A DNA stretch of 64,000 bases from Acidimicrobiales bacterium (GTDB lineage: Bacteria > Actinomycetota > Acidimicrobiia > Acidimicrobiales > DATDAH01), in contig JAYRFK010000075.1 of the NCBI GenBank assembly GCA_041908445.1, forward strand, positions 70,503-134,502, given 5' to 3'. How positions within the stretch are numbered: position 1 is the first letter of the stretch; every line of letters begins with the position of its first letter. Positions 52,887-62,614 of the stretch are shown piece after piece. The notes beneath the pieces were generated by a model that saw only the letters and a list, made by a program, of their open reading frames with translations, made no database searches and had not been told where the DNA came from. Both the position numbers and the translations under genes were made by a program.

Positions 52887-54349
52887 ACCCAGACCCCGTC
52901 GGGGACGTGCTGGAGGTCGGCACAGCGCGAGCCCGCCGGCAGGACCTTGGTGGGGTTGGCCAGGCCGTCGGGGTCGACCGCGTCGCGGAGCCGGGCCTGG
53001 GCGTCGAGGTCGTCCGGCCCGAACAGCAGCGGCATGAAGTCCCGCTTCTCGAGACCGATGCCGTGCTCCCCCGACAACACGCCCCCGGCGGCGAGCGAGG
53101 CGGCCACGATCTCCTCGCCGGCGGCGTGGACCCGCTCCATGGTCCCCGGGACCCGGGCGTCGAAGACGAGCAGGGGGTGCAGGTTCCCGTCGCCGGCGTG
53201 GAAGACGTTCATGACGAGCAGGTCGTGGCGGTCGGCGATGGCGTAGACCTCGGCCAGCACCTCGACCAGCCGGGACCGGGGCACGACCGTGTCGTGCAGG
53301 TAGTAGTTGGGCTTGATGCGGGCCACGGCCCCGAAGGCGGTCTTGCGGCCCTTCCAGAGCAGCGCCCGCTCGGCCTCGTCGGCGGCCACCCGCACCGTCC
53401 GGGCCCCGTGGTCCTCGAGCACCGCCACCACCGTGGCCGCGTCGGCGGCCACGCCGGCGGGCAGGCCGTCGACCTCGACGAGCAGCACCGCCGCGGCGTC
53501 GGTGGGGAACCCGGCGTGGACGAAGTCCTCCACCGCCTGGGTGATGCGCTGGTCCATCATCTCGAGCGCCGCCGGCACCACCCCCGCGGCGATGATCGCG
53601 CCCACGGCGGCGGCGGCGTCCTCGACCCGGGCGAAGTCGGCCAGCAGCGTCTGGACCGCCGGCGGGTTCGGCGTCAGGCGCACGGCGACCGCCGTGGCGA
53701 TGCCGAACGTGCCCTCCGAGCCCACGAACACGCCCCGCAGGTCGAGGCCCACGTCGGCCCCCGTGCCCCCGAGCACCGTGACCGTGCCGTCCGGCAGCAC
53801 GACCTCCACCGCCAGCACGTGGGCGCTGGTGACCCCGTAGGCGAGGCAGTGCGGGCCGCCGGCGTTGTTGGCCACGTTGCCGCCAATCGAGCAGGCCTGC
53901 TGGCTCGACGGATCCGGGGCGAAGTGCAGGCCGAGCGCGGCGAGCGCCCGGGAGAGGTCGAGGTTGACCACCCCCGGCTCGACCCAGGCCACCCGCTCGA
54001 CCGGGTCGACCGAGCGGATGCCCGCCAGGCGGGTCGTCGAGACCACCACCGCCCCGTCGAGTGGGACCGCCCCGCCCGCGAGGCCGGTCCCCGAGCCCCG
54101 GGCGACGAAGGCCCGGCCGTGGGCACGGGCCACCCGCACGCAGGCGGCGACCTCCTCGGTCGTGGTCGGGAAGCAGACCGCGGCGGCCACGCCGACGTCG
54201 ATGGTCGAGGCGTCGCGGGCGTAGAGCGCCCGGTCGAGGGCGCCGGCGTGGACGCCGCCCTCCCCCAGCGCCTCGACGAGGTCGGCGACGAGGCGCGCCT
54301 CGGCGCTCGCGTCCCCCGCTGGGGCGTCGGCGGAGGTCGCGGCACGCAC
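52883..54349 (-). CDS. glcD: glycolate oxidase subunit GlcD (FAD-linked oxidase)
   Basis: ARGSGTGLAGGAVP, the FAD-oxidase C-terminal domain, and GEHGIGLEK. Confidence 0.88.
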   Translation of the reverse strand: MRAATSADAPAGDASAEARLVADLVEALGEGGVHAGALDRALYARDASTIDVGVAAAVCFPTTTEEVAACVRVARAHGRAFVARGSGTGLAGGAVPLDGAVVVSTTRLAGIRSVDPVERVAWVEPGVVNLDLSRALAALGLHFAPDPSSQQACSIGGNVANNAGGPHCLAYGVTSAHVLAVEVVLPDGTVTVLGGTGADVGLDLRGVFVGSEGTFGIATAVAVRLTPNPPAVQTLLADFARVEDAAAAVGAIIAAGVVPAALEMMDQRITQAVEDFVHAGFPTDAAAVLLVEVDGLPAGVAADAATVVAVLEDHGARTVRVAADEAERALLWKGRKTAFGAVARIKPNYYLHDTVVPRSRLVEVLAEVYAIADRHDLLVMNVFHAGDGNLHPLLVFDARVPGTMERVHAAGEEIVAASLAAGGVLSGEHGIGLEKRDFMPLLFGPDDLDAQARLRDAVDPDGLANPTKVLPAGSRCADLQHVPDGVWV

Positions 54350-54396
54350 GCTCGCCAGTGTGCCCGACCGCCGGCACCGCCCGGTACGGTCGCACG

Positions 54397-55155
54397 GTGA
54401 CCTCGCCGGAGGACCTCCACGAGTGGCTGTCGTTCGAAGCGGACGACGAGCACCGCACCTGGCTGTTCGACCTGACCTTCCTCACGAGCAACTGGGACTG
54501 CATCTACGGCCGGGGCTGCCCGGGCGTGCTCACCGGCCCGGCCGCGGACCTCGACCAGGGCTGCTGCTCGTACGGCGCCCACTTCACCGGGGAGGCCGAC
54601 CGGGCCCACGTCGAGGCCCAGATCGCCCGCCTGGGCCCCGACGAGTGGCAGTTCCACGACGAGGCCGCCGCCCTCGGCGGCGCCATCCACGTGGACGAGG
54701 CGGGCGACACCGTCACCCGCCAGGCCGAGGACGCCTGCATCATGCTCAACCGCCCCGGCCACCCCGCCGGCGCCGGCTGTGCGCTCCACCAGGGCGCCCT
54801 CGCCCGTGGCGAGCGCCCGCTCGACTGGAAGCCCGAGGTGTGCTGGCAGCTCCCCCTGCGCCTGGTCGACCACGTCGACGAGAGCGGCCACGTGACCTCC
54901 ACCCTCCGGGAGTGGAAGCGCCGCGACTGGGGCGACGGCGGCCAGGAGTTCCACTGGTGGTGCACCGAGGACCCCCTCGCCTTCGTCGGCGTCCGGCCCG
55001 TCTACGAGGCGCTCCGGGACGAGATCGTCGAGCTCGTGGGCGCCCCCGCCTACGACCACCTCGTGCGGGCGTTGGCCGATCGGCGGGCGGGTGTCCCGGT
55101 CCCCCACCCCGCCCGGCGGGCACGGTCGCTCGAGGTCGGCGGCCCACAACCTTAA
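54397..55155 (+). CDS. conserved Cys-rich hypothetical protein
   Basis: 252 aa with CIYGRGCPG, QGCCSYGAH, ACIML and GCALH cysteine clusters. I chose GTG 54397 as the start. It is on the same strand as the McrB-like gene and ends 32 nt before it. Confidence 0.55.
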   Translation: MTSPEDLHEWLSFEADDEHRTWLFDLTFLTSNWDCIYGRGCPGVLTGPAADLDQGCCSYGAHFTGEADRAHVEAQIARLGPDEWQFHDEAAALGGAIHVDEAGDTVTRQAEDACIMLNRPGHPAGAGCALHQGALARGERPLDWKPEVCWQLPLRLVDHVDESGHVTSTLREWKRRDWGDGGQEFHWWCTEDPLAFVGVRPVYEALRDEIVELVGAPAYDHLVRALADRRAGVPVPHPARRARSLEVGGPQP

Positions 55156-55187
55156 GGACCGGGGGCGCACCGGCCGACGAGGAGACC

Positions 55188-56123
55188 GTGCGCTCCTTCA
55201 CCGCCGCCGAGCTGCAGTCCGCCGCCGACCAGACGGGCATGTACTTCCCGACCCATGTCCTCGACCAACTGGTCGCGGCCATCGACGCCGGCAAGCACGT
55301 GATCCTCACGGGGCCCCCGGGGACAGGCAAGACCACACTCGCCTACATGGCGGCCGAGGTCGCCCAACAGGCGATGCTGTGCACGGGCTACCTGCCGACC
55401 ACCGCGACCACCGAGTGGACGACGTTCGAGACCATCGGCGGCCTCCAGCCCACGGCGGAGGGCCTGATCTACCGGCCCGGGCTCTTCGTCGAGGCCATCG
55501 AGTCCGGCCGCTGGCTCGTGATCGACGAGCTCAACCGCTCGAACTTCGACCGGGCCTTCGGGCAGCTCTTCACCGTGCTCTCGGGCCAGCCCGTGGTGCT
55601 GCCGTTCAAGCGCAAGGGCCAGCCGAACCCGCTCTCGCTCGTGCCCACGGGCGCCGAGGCCCCCCGGGACACCGACATCATCCGCCTTCCGAGCCGCTGG
55701 CGGATCATCGCCACCATGAACGTGTTCGACAAGAACCTGCTGTTCGAGATGTCGTACGCCCTCATGCGCCGCTTCGCCTTCATCGAGGTGGGCACCCCCG
55801 ACGAGGCGTCCTACCAGGCCCTGCTCCAGGGCCCCGGCCAGATCGTCACCCAGCTCCTCCCGCTCCGGAACTTCAGCGACCTGGGCCCCGCCGTGTACCT
55901 CGACGCCGCCCGCTACGCCGCCCGCCGCCGCCAGGACGGGGCCACCGACTCCCGCCTGCTCTACGAGGTCTTCTACGCCTACTTCCTGCCCCAGTTCGAG
56001 GGCTTCGACGACCTGCGGGCCACGAAGCTCTACCGGACCATCGAGGGGCTGCTCGACCCCGAGGAGCAGGCCGAGGCCCAGCGCACCATCACCGGCGTGC
56101 TGGGCGTCGAGCTGACCCTCTGA
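55188..56123 (+). CDS. McrB-like AAA+ GTPase, core domain only
   Basis: Walker A GPPGTGKT, Walker B WLVIDELNR, the McrB-type NxxD signature in ATMNVFDKN, and YALMRRFAFIEV. A GAGGAG Shine-Dalgarno precedes GTG 55188. There is no N-terminal extension. Confidence 0.8.
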   Translation: MRSFTAAELQSAADQTGMYFPTHVLDQLVAAIDAGKHVILTGPPGTGKTTLAYMAAEVAQQAMLCTGYLPTTATTEWTTFETIGGLQPTAEGLIYRPGLFVEAIESGRWLVIDELNRSNFDRAFGQLFTVLSGQPVVLPFKRKGQPNPLSLVPTGAEAPRDTDIIRLPSRWRIIATMNVFDKNLLFEMSYALMRRFAFIEVGTPDEASYQALLQGPGQIVTQLLPLRNFSDLGPAVYLDAARYAARRRQDGATDSRLLYEVFYAYFLPQFEGFDDLRATKLYRTIEGLLDPEEQAEAQRTITGVLGVELTL

Positions 56124-56124
56124 C

Positions 56125-57141
56125 GTGTCCGCCGCGGCGGCGTTCCAGGGCGCGGGCCAGTCAAACGCCACCCGGGCCCTCTGGGGGCGGCTGCGGCGAC
56201 CGATGGACGTGGTGGTCATGGTCGACGCCGTCCTCGGCCTGTCGCCGAACGTGGTGCGCCAGCTCGCCGGCACCATGATCGCCACCAGCACCGAGGCCGA
56301 GATCCTGCTGGGCGAGATGCCCCACACGCTGCGCTCGCTGGCCATGTCCACCACCAGCTCGCCCGAGCAGTGCCGCGGGGAGCTGCGCGGCCCGGTCCTC
56401 TGGAGCGAGACCATGTCGGCCCGCTCGTCCAGCGCCGGCAGCCAGGACGTCTACGTCTGCTCGTCGCCCCAGCGGGCCTACGACATCCCCGAGAACCAGG
56501 TGCTCGCCGCGGCGCTGGTGAGCATCCGAGACGCCGGCCGCGGCGTGGACTCGATGTCGGCCCAGGCCTACGACGACGACACCCTGCGCCGCGCCCGCCA
56601 CAACGGCATGCGGGCCATCCGCTTCCTCGAGCACCGGACGATGGCGGCGGTCAGCCGGGAGCGCCCCACACCCCGCGCGCTGCGGCGCACCCGCTCGGGC
56701 AGCCGCCGCAAGACCTACGAGCCCGCGATGCGCATGCTCGACCGGGCCGCCGACCCGCTCACCGCCGACGACATCCTCCCGTTCTGCGACCGCCGCACCC
56801 GGGCGCAGCACACGCTGATCATGGGTCTCGTCGAGCGGCTCGAGGCCCGGGGCGTGGCGCTGCCGCCGTTCCGGGCCTTCGAGGGCATCCTCTACTCCGG
56901 CCCCATCCGCTACAACCACCCCCGTCGCCTCGGCGACCGCAGCCGCCCGCACGGGGTGATGCTCGGCGGCGTCCTGGTCGACGTGCCCGAGCGGGTGCGC
57001 GAGGACAACCGCGAGCGGGCCGAGTACGCCCTGCGCGAGCGATCCGGTGGGCTGCCCACCGTGGTCGTGCTCGAGCCCGAGGACATCGACCGCGCCATCC
57101 AGGCCGCGGTCGAGGTGGCCCGGGCCCAGCAGCAGGCCTGA
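56125..57141 (+). CDS. McrC-like partner protein (divergent; nuclease motif not evident)
   Basis: It starts 1 nt after the McrB-like stop. RAYDIPENQVLAAAL resembles the conserved N-terminal McrC/DUF2357 motif. GC3 is near-saturated on this strand, unlike the antisense ORF. Confidence 0.6.
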   Translation: MSAAAAFQGAGQSNATRALWGRLRRPMDVVVMVDAVLGLSPNVVRQLAGTMIATSTEAEILLGEMPHTLRSLAMSTTSSPEQCRGELRGPVLWSETMSARSSSAGSQDVYVCSSPQRAYDIPENQVLAAALVSIRDAGRGVDSMSAQAYDDDTLRRARHNGMRAIRFLEHRTMAAVSRERPTPRALRRTRSGSRRKTYEPAMRMLDRAADPLTADDILPFCDRRTRAQHTLIMGLVERLEARGVALPPFRAFEGILYSGPIRYNHPRRLGDRSRPHGVMLGGVLVDVPERVREDNRERAEYALRERSGGLPTVVVLEPEDIDRAIQAAVEVARAQQQA

Positions 57142-57149
57142 CACCGGGC

Positions 57150-57208
57150 CCTCCTTCGTCGGGCCGCCTTCGGCATCCGGTTCGCCGGTGCCGCTGCTCC
57201 GCTCCGCA
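57150..57208. repeat. copy B of the roughly 60-nt dispersed repeat (copy A at 2873-2936)
   Basis: cctccttcgtcgggccgccttcggcatccggttcgccggtgccgctgctccgctccgca. By hand alignment about 49 of 59 positions are identical to copy A. Confidence 0.6.
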
Positions 57209-57243
57209 TGGCGGCCTCGGGCGGCGTCGACCCGGGGGCCGCG

Positions 57244-59067
57244 TCAGCTGGCGCGCGAGGCGCGCCGGCGGTCGGCCTCGGCGAGGAGGCGCTTGCGCAG
57301 GCGGATGCTGTTCGGGGTGACCTCGACCAGCTCGTCGTCCTTGATGAGCTCGATGCCCACCTCGAGGGTGATCTCCCGCGGCGGCGGCAGCTTCACGGCC
57401 TCGTCGGCGGCGTGGGTGCGGATGTTGGTCTTCTGCTTGGCCCGGGTGACGTCCGCGGACATGTCGTCCGGCCGGGAGTTCTCCCCGACCACCATGCCCT
57501 CGTACACGTCGTCGCCCGGCTTGATGAAGAGCTCGCCCCGGGACTGGAGCTTGTCGAGGGCGTAGGCGGTGGCGACCCCGGCGCGGTCGGCCAGGATGGC
57601 GCCGCCGCGGCGACCCGGCAGGTCGCCCACCCAGCGCACCCAGCCGTGGTTGTGCTGGTGCAGCAGCGCGGTGCCCCGGGTGGCGGTGAGCAGCATGGAG
57701 CGGAACCCGAGCAGGCCCCTCGTGGGTGCCTCGAACGTGAGGATGGTGCGACCGGAGTCGCCAGGGCGCAGGTCCGACACGATGCCGCGGCGGGGGGCCA
57801 GCGCCTGGGTGACGGTGCCGACGTACTCCTCGGGGACGTCGACCACGCCGCGCTCGAGCGGCTCGTGGAGCTGGCCGTCGATCTGCTTGGTGACCACGAC
57901 CGGGCGGCTCACCTGGAGCTCGTAGCCCTCGCGGCGCATGGCCTCGATGAGCACGGCGAGCTGCAGCTCGCCACGGCCGGCGACCTCGATCTGGTCGGGC
58001 GACTCGGTCGGCGCCAGCTTGATGGAGACGTTGCCGAGCACCTCCCGCTCGAGGCGGTCGATCAGGTGTCGGGAGGTCAGGTACTTGCCGCCGTCCTTGC
58101 CCGCCAGCGGCGAGGTGTTGACCCCGAAGGTCATGCGCAGGACGGGCTCGTCGACCAAGAGGCGGGGCAGCGCCACCGGGTGCTCGGGGCTGGCGATGGT
58201 GTCGCCGATCTCGACCTCGGGGAAGCCCGCCATGACGAACAGGTCGCCCGCGACCCGCTGGTCCACGTCGACCCGGCTCAGGCCGGCGAAGCCCTGCAGC
58301 TGCGAGAGCTTGCGGGTCACGGGGGCGTCGTCGACGTCGCCGAGCAGCGTGACCGGCTTGGACGCGTCGAGGGTGCCCTCGATGACCCGGCCGATGGCCA
58401 GGCGCCCCATGTACTCCGAGGCGTCGAGGGTGGTGATGATGGCCTGCAGCGGGGCATCGGGGTCCCCGGTGGCGGGCGGGACCGTCGAGACGATGGCCTC
58501 GAACAGCGCGGTCAGGTCGTCGTCGGGGCCGGGCTGGCCCACCCCCTCCATGGAGCGGCCGTCGCGGGCGATGGTCGAGATGATCGGGAACTCGATGTGG
58601 TGGTCGGCGGCCTCGAGGTCGAAGAACAGCTGGTAGATCTCGTCGAGCACCTCGGCGGTGCGCGCGTCCGAGCGGTCGACCTTGTTCAGCACCACCACCG
58701 CGGGGAGGTGGGCGGCGAGGGCCTTCGAGAGCACGTAGCGGGTCTGGGGCAGCGGGCCCTCGGCAGCGTCGACGAGCAGCACGACGCCGTCCACGAGGGT
58801 CAGGGCCCGCTCGACCTCACCACCGAAGTCGGCGTGGCCAGGGGTGTCGACCAGGTTGATCCGGACCCCGTTCCACTCGACCGAGGCGGCCTTGGCGAGG
58901 ATGGTGATGCCCCGCTCGCGCTCCTGGTCGCCGGAGTCCATGACCCGCTCGGTGACCTTCTCGTGGTCGGAGAAGACCCCGGTCGCCCGCAGCATGGCGT
59001 CGACGAGGGTGGTCTTGCCGTGGTCGACGTGGGCGACGAGCGCGACGTTGCGAAAGGTGGCAGTCAT
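57244..59067 (-). CDS. typA: translational GTPase TypA/BipA
   Basis: [34 protein letters not shown] and NKVD. I chose the ATG at 59067. Confidence 0.95.
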   Translation of the reverse strand: MTATFRNVALVAHVDHGKTTLVDAMLRATGVFSDHEKVTERVMDSGDQERERGITILAKAASVEWNGVRINLVDTPGHADFGGEVERALTLVDGVVLLVDAAEGPLPQTRYVLSKALAAHLPAVVVLNKVDRSDARTAEVLDEIYQLFFDLEAADHHIEFPIISTIARDGRSMEGVGQPGPDDDLTALFEAIVSTVPPATGDPDAPLQAIITTLDASEYMGRLAIGRVIEGTLDASKPVTLLGDVDDAPVTRKLSQLQGFAGLSRVDVDQRVAGDLFVMAGFPEVEIGDTIASPEHPVALPRLLVDEPVLRMTFGVNTSPLAGKDGGKYLTSRHLIDRLEREVLGNVSIKLAPTESPDQIEVAGRGELQLAVLIEAMRREGYELQVSRPVVVTKQIDGQLHEPLERGVVDVPEEYVGTVTQALAPRRGIVSDLRPGDSGRTILTFEAPTRGLLGFRSMLLTATRGTALLHQHNHGWVRWVGDLPGRRGGAILADRAGVATAYALDKLQSRGELFIKPGDDVYEGMVVGENSRPDDMSADVTRAKQKTNIRTHAADEAVKLPPPREITLEVGIELIKDDELVEVTPNSIRLRKRLLAEADRRRASRAS

Positions 59068-59132
59068 TGGTTGTACGGGCGCGGCAAGGTGCAACGGAGG
59101 GCCCGGCCAGGATTGGCCGGGCACCGGTCAGC

Positions 59133-59330
59133 TCACTGGACCCAGAGCTCTCCGTCGTCGTCTTCGCGGTTCTCTTCGGCCAGGCACCACGAGGCGTGGT
59201 CGCGTCCGGGTTCGGCGCCGCACTCCGCGCACGGCTGCTCGTCCTTGAGATCGAGCAGGCGATCGAAGTCCAGTTCAGTCCGCTTCAGTGCTCGCGCTTC
59301 TTCGAAGCGCCGGTGTCGACCCTTTTTCAC
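59133..59330 (-). CDS. small basic/acidic protein with CxxC...HxxxC motif
   Basis: 65 aa ([17 protein letters not shown]...[17 protein letters not shown]...). A GAGGAG Shine-Dalgarno precedes GTG 59330. Confidence 0.5.
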   Translation of the reverse strand: MKKGRHRRFEEARALKRTELDFDRLLDLKDEQPCAECGAEPGRDHASWCLAEENREDDDGELWVQ

Positions 59331-59433
59331 GGGCCAGCTCCTCAGTCGAGGCCGCAGTTCGGAGTTCAACTCTAGCGCCTGTCCACCCCGCGACCACGCA
59401 TCCGGGAAGGTCCTCCCTCTAGGCTCCGGCGCC

Positions 59434-60963
59434 GTGCCCGACAACGTGCCCTGGTGGCGATCGGCCGTCGTCTACCAGATCTACCCCCGCTCCTTCGCCG
59501 ACACCGACGGTGACGGCGTGGGCGATCTGCCTGGGGTGACCGCCCACCTCGACCACCTGGCGTGGCTGGGCGTCGACGCCCTCTGGCTGTCGCCGTTCTA
59601 CCGGTCGCCCATGGCCGACTTCGGCTACGACGTGTCGGACTACTGCGACGTGGACCCGCTGTTCGGCACCTTGGAGGACTTCGACGCCCTCGTCGCCGCC
59701 GCCCACGAGCGCGGCCTCAAGGTGGTCGTCGACTGGGTGCCGAACCACACCTCGGACCAGCACCCCTGGTTCGTCGAGTCCCGCGCCGGCCGCGACAGCG
59801 CCAAGCGGGACTGGTACCTCTGGCGCGACCCCGCCCCCGACGGCGGCCCCCCGAACAACTGGGTCGAGAGCTGGGGCGGCGGGCCAGCCTGGACCTGGGA
59901 CGAGGCCACCGGCCAGTACTACCTGCGCCTCTTCCTGCCCGAGCAGCCGGACCTGAACTGGGAGAACCCCGAGGTCCGTGCCGCCATGTACGACGTCGTG
60001 CGCTTCTGGCTCGACCGGGGCGTCGACGGCTTCCGCATCGACGTCGTGCACGCCCTGGGCAAGGACCCGGCGCTGCCCGATGACGATCCCGAGCTCATCC
60101 CCATCCCCCACTCGGCGCTGCACCACGATCCCCGCACCCACGGGATCCTGCGCGAGCTGCGCACGCTGCTCGACGGCTACCCGGGCGACCGGATGATGGT
60201 GGGCGAGGTGTTCCTGCTCGACACCGCGCTCGTGGCCGAGCACTACGGCGACGGCGACGAGCTCCACCTGGCCTTCAACTTCCCGCCGCTGTTCTGCCCG
60301 TGGGACCGCGACGCCTGGCGGTCCCAGCTCACCCGCACCGCCGACGCCCTCGACCCCATCGGCGCCTGGCCCAGCTGGGTGCTGTCGAACCACGACAACC
60401 CGCGCCACCGCACCCGGTACGGGAGCGAGGCGCGGGCCCGGGCCGCCGCGGTCCTGCTGCTGACCCTGCGGGGCACCCCCTTCCTCTACGCCGGCGAGGA
60501 GCTCGGTTTGGAGGACGCCATGGTGCCGCCCGAGCGCGAGGTCGACCCGGGGGGCCGTGACGGTTGTCGGGCGCCGGTCCCGTGGACGGCCGAGGCCCCC
60601 CACGGCTGGGCGGGCGCCGAGCCGTGGCTCCCCTGGCCGCCGGATCCCGGTGTCCACAGCGTCGCCGCCGAGCGCGAGGACCCGTCCTCGGTGCTGCACC
60701 TCTACCGGCGGCTCCTCGCCGAGCGCCACGGCTCGCCCGCCCTCACCCTCGGTGGCTGTGCCCTCCTCGACGCGGCGGACGGCGTCCTCGCCTACGAGCG
60801 GGTCGAGGGCGAGGACCGGCGAGTCGTGGTGGTGAACTTCACCGGCGAGACCCGCCCCTTGGACGTCCCCGGCACGGTCCGGGTCGCGTCCGACGGCGTC
60901 GGCGAGGGCGGCTCGACACCCGCCGAGCTCGGCCCGGACCGCGCCCTCGTCATCGAGCCCTGA
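59434..60963 (+). CDS. GH13 alpha-glucosidase (oligo-1,6-glucosidase/trehalose-6-P hydrolase-like)
   Basis: WWRSAVVYQIYPRSFADTDGDGVGDL, DWVPNHTSDQH, GFRIDV, GEV and SNHDN. Confidence 0.88.
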   Translation: MPDNVPWWRSAVVYQIYPRSFADTDGDGVGDLPGVTAHLDHLAWLGVDALWLSPFYRSPMADFGYDVSDYCDVDPLFGTLEDFDALVAAAHERGLKVVVDWVPNHTSDQHPWFVESRAGRDSAKRDWYLWRDPAPDGGPPNNWVESWGGGPAWTWDEATGQYYLRLFLPEQPDLNWENPEVRAAMYDVVRFWLDRGVDGFRIDVVHALGKDPALPDDDPELIPIPHSALHHDPRTHGILRELRTLLDGYPGDRMMVGEVFLLDTALVAEHYGDGDELHLAFNFPPLFCPWDRDAWRSQLTRTADALDPIGAWPSWVLSNHDNPRHRTRYGSEARARAAAVLLLTLRGTPFLYAGEELGLEDAMVPPEREVDPGGRDGCRAPVPWTAEAPHGWAGAEPWLPWPPDPGVHSVAAEREDPSSVLHLYRRLLAERHGSPALTLGGCALLDAADGVLAYERVEGEDRRVVVVNFTGETRPLDVPGTVRVASDGVGEGGSTPAELGPDRALVIEP

Positions 60964-61066
60964 GCCACCGGTGCCCGGCACCCCCGGCCTCGTCCTCCTC
61001 GGCGTCGCCGTCATCACCCTGGCGGGCCGCGTGGTGGGCCGCTGACCGACCCGGTCGGCGTGGGGC

Positions 61067-62233
61067 TCAGAGCCCTTCGTGGGAGCGGCGCTCCAGGAGC
61101 AGCCCGCCGTTGCCGTCGAAGGCCAGCGCGGCCTGGCCCTCGACCAGCTGGCGGATGGGCCCACCGGCGACCTCGGCGCGCCAGCCGTGGGCCAGGCGGG
61201 CCCCGGGGTCGCCCCGCAGCAGGGCTTCGAGGTCGGCCCGGGTCGCGAGCAGCGCGGTGTCGATGCGCAGGTCGCGGGCGAGCTGGCTGACCCACGCCGA
61301 CACCAGGCCCACGGCCGGCCGCAGCTCACGGGCGAGCTCGGCCGGGGCGTCGTCACGCGGCGCCGGCGGCGGCTGCTCGAGGCCCTCGGCGACCGCGGCG
61401 AGGATGCCCTCGACCGCAGCACCACGGGTGTGGCGATCGTCGATGCCGCGGACCTTGCGCAGCTCGTCGACCGTGCGGGGCGCCCGCTGGGCGATGCCGA
61501 CCACGCCGAGGTCGGGCAGGACGAAGCGCACGGGCTGGTCGATGGCGGCGGCTCGGCGCTCCCGCCACGCAGCCACGGCGCGGGCCACGCCCAGCGTGCG
61601 GCCCCGCAACTGGCGGACCTCCTTGATCCGCCGCCACGCCTCCTCGGGCTCGCGCACCCAGGGGTCGGAGGTGCGCAGGCGCTCGCACTCCCCCTCGGCC
61701 CAGGCCAGGCGGCCGTCGGCCTCGAGCTGGGCGGTCAGGCGGTCGGTGATCTCGAGCAGGTGGGCCACGTCGAGCGCGGCGTAGCGCCGCTGGTCGGCCG
61801 TGAGGGGCCGGCGCAGCCAGTCGGTGAGGCGGTCGCCCTTCTCCAGCTTCAGGCCGAGCTCGCGCTCGACCAGCGACGCCAGCGAGGGCGACGACATGCC
61901 CTCGAACCCCGCGGCGAGCTGGGTGTCGAACAGCCGGGCCGGGACGGCGCCGCACGCGTGGTGCAGGACCTCGAGGTCCTGGCCGGCGGCGTGCATGACC
62001 GCCACGCCGGGTCCTTCGAGCACGGCGCGCAGCGGCCCGAGGTCGATGGCCAGCGGGTCGACGAGCACGAGGCCACCCGGCCAGGCGATCTGCACCAGGG
62101 CAAGCTTGGGGTAGTAGGTGCGCTCCCGGTGGAACTCGGTGTCGACCGCGTACCGGGGCTCCCCGGCGATCTCGTCGAGGATCTCACGCCACGCCGCCTC
62201 GTCGTCGACGAGCTCGGGGGCGGGCTCGGCCAC
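61067..62233 (-). CDS. rnd: ribonuclease D
   Basis: DEDDy exonuclease motifs (AVDTEF, HAAGQDLEVL, YAALDV) plus an HRDC-like C-terminus. I chose GTG 62233 as the start. Confidence 0.82.
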   Translation of the reverse strand: MAEPAPELVDDEAAWREILDEIAGEPRYAVDTEFHRERTYYPKLALVQIAWPGGLVLVDPLAIDLGPLRAVLEGPGVAVMHAAGQDLEVLHHACGAVPARLFDTQLAAGFEGMSSPSLASLVERELGLKLEKGDRLTDWLRRPLTADQRRYAALDVAHLLEITDRLTAQLEADGRLAWAEGECERLRTSDPWVREPEEAWRRIKEVRQLRGRTLGVARAVAAWRERRAAAIDQPVRFVLPDLGVVGIAQRAPRTVDELRKVRGIDDRHTRGAAVEGILAAVAEGLEQPPPAPRDDAPAELARELRPAVGLVSAWVSQLARDLRIDTALLATRADLEALLRGDPGARLAHGWRAEVAGGPIRQLVEGQAALAFDGNGGLLLERRSHEGL

Positions 62234-62244
62234 GGCGTGCCCGC

Positions 62245-62568
62245 TCAGCCCGGCTCGAGGCCCGTGGCCGTCGGGTGGCCCGCCTCGACCCACGCCATCG
62301 TGCCGCCCGCCACGTTGACCGCCTCGATGCCCTGGGCCCGGAGGTGCTCGGCGACCCGCATGCTGCGCGCCCCCGTCCGGCAGATGAGGAACACCTCGCC
62401 GCCGGCGGGGAGCTCGTCGACCCGGTCGGCGATCTCGCTCATCGGGAGGAGCAGGGCGCCGGGGACGTGGGCCTCCTCGTACTCGTGCGCCTCGCGCACG
62501 TCGATCAGCGGCACCTCGCGGCGCTGGGCGAGGGTCGCGACGTCGATCTCGGGCACCTGCGGGTCCAC
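62245..62568 (-). CDS. single-domain rhodanese sulfurtransferase
   Basis: LIDVREAHEYEEAHVPGA and the active-site loop CRTGARS. An AGGAGGA Shine-Dalgarno precedes GTG 62568. Confidence 0.85.
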   Translation of the reverse strand: MDPQVPEIDVATLAQRREVPLIDVREAHEYEEAHVPGALLLPMSEIADRVDELPAGGEVFLICRTGARSMRVAEHLRAQGIEAVNVAGGTMAWVEAGHPTATGLEPG

Positions 62569-62614
62569 GTTGCTCCTCCTGCCGGGGGTCGTCGGGCTGT
62601 CGGGAGCGTACCGG

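Noticed and set aside
56161-57144. 327-codon minus-strand ORF with a good GAAGGAGG Shine-Dalgarno and GTG start, antisense to the McrC-like gene.
   Set aside because: It is codon-for-codon the reverse complement of the plus-strand gene. Plus-strand codons end almost exclusively in G/C, whereas many antisense codons end in A/T. I kept the RBS coincidence as a finding, not as a CDS.
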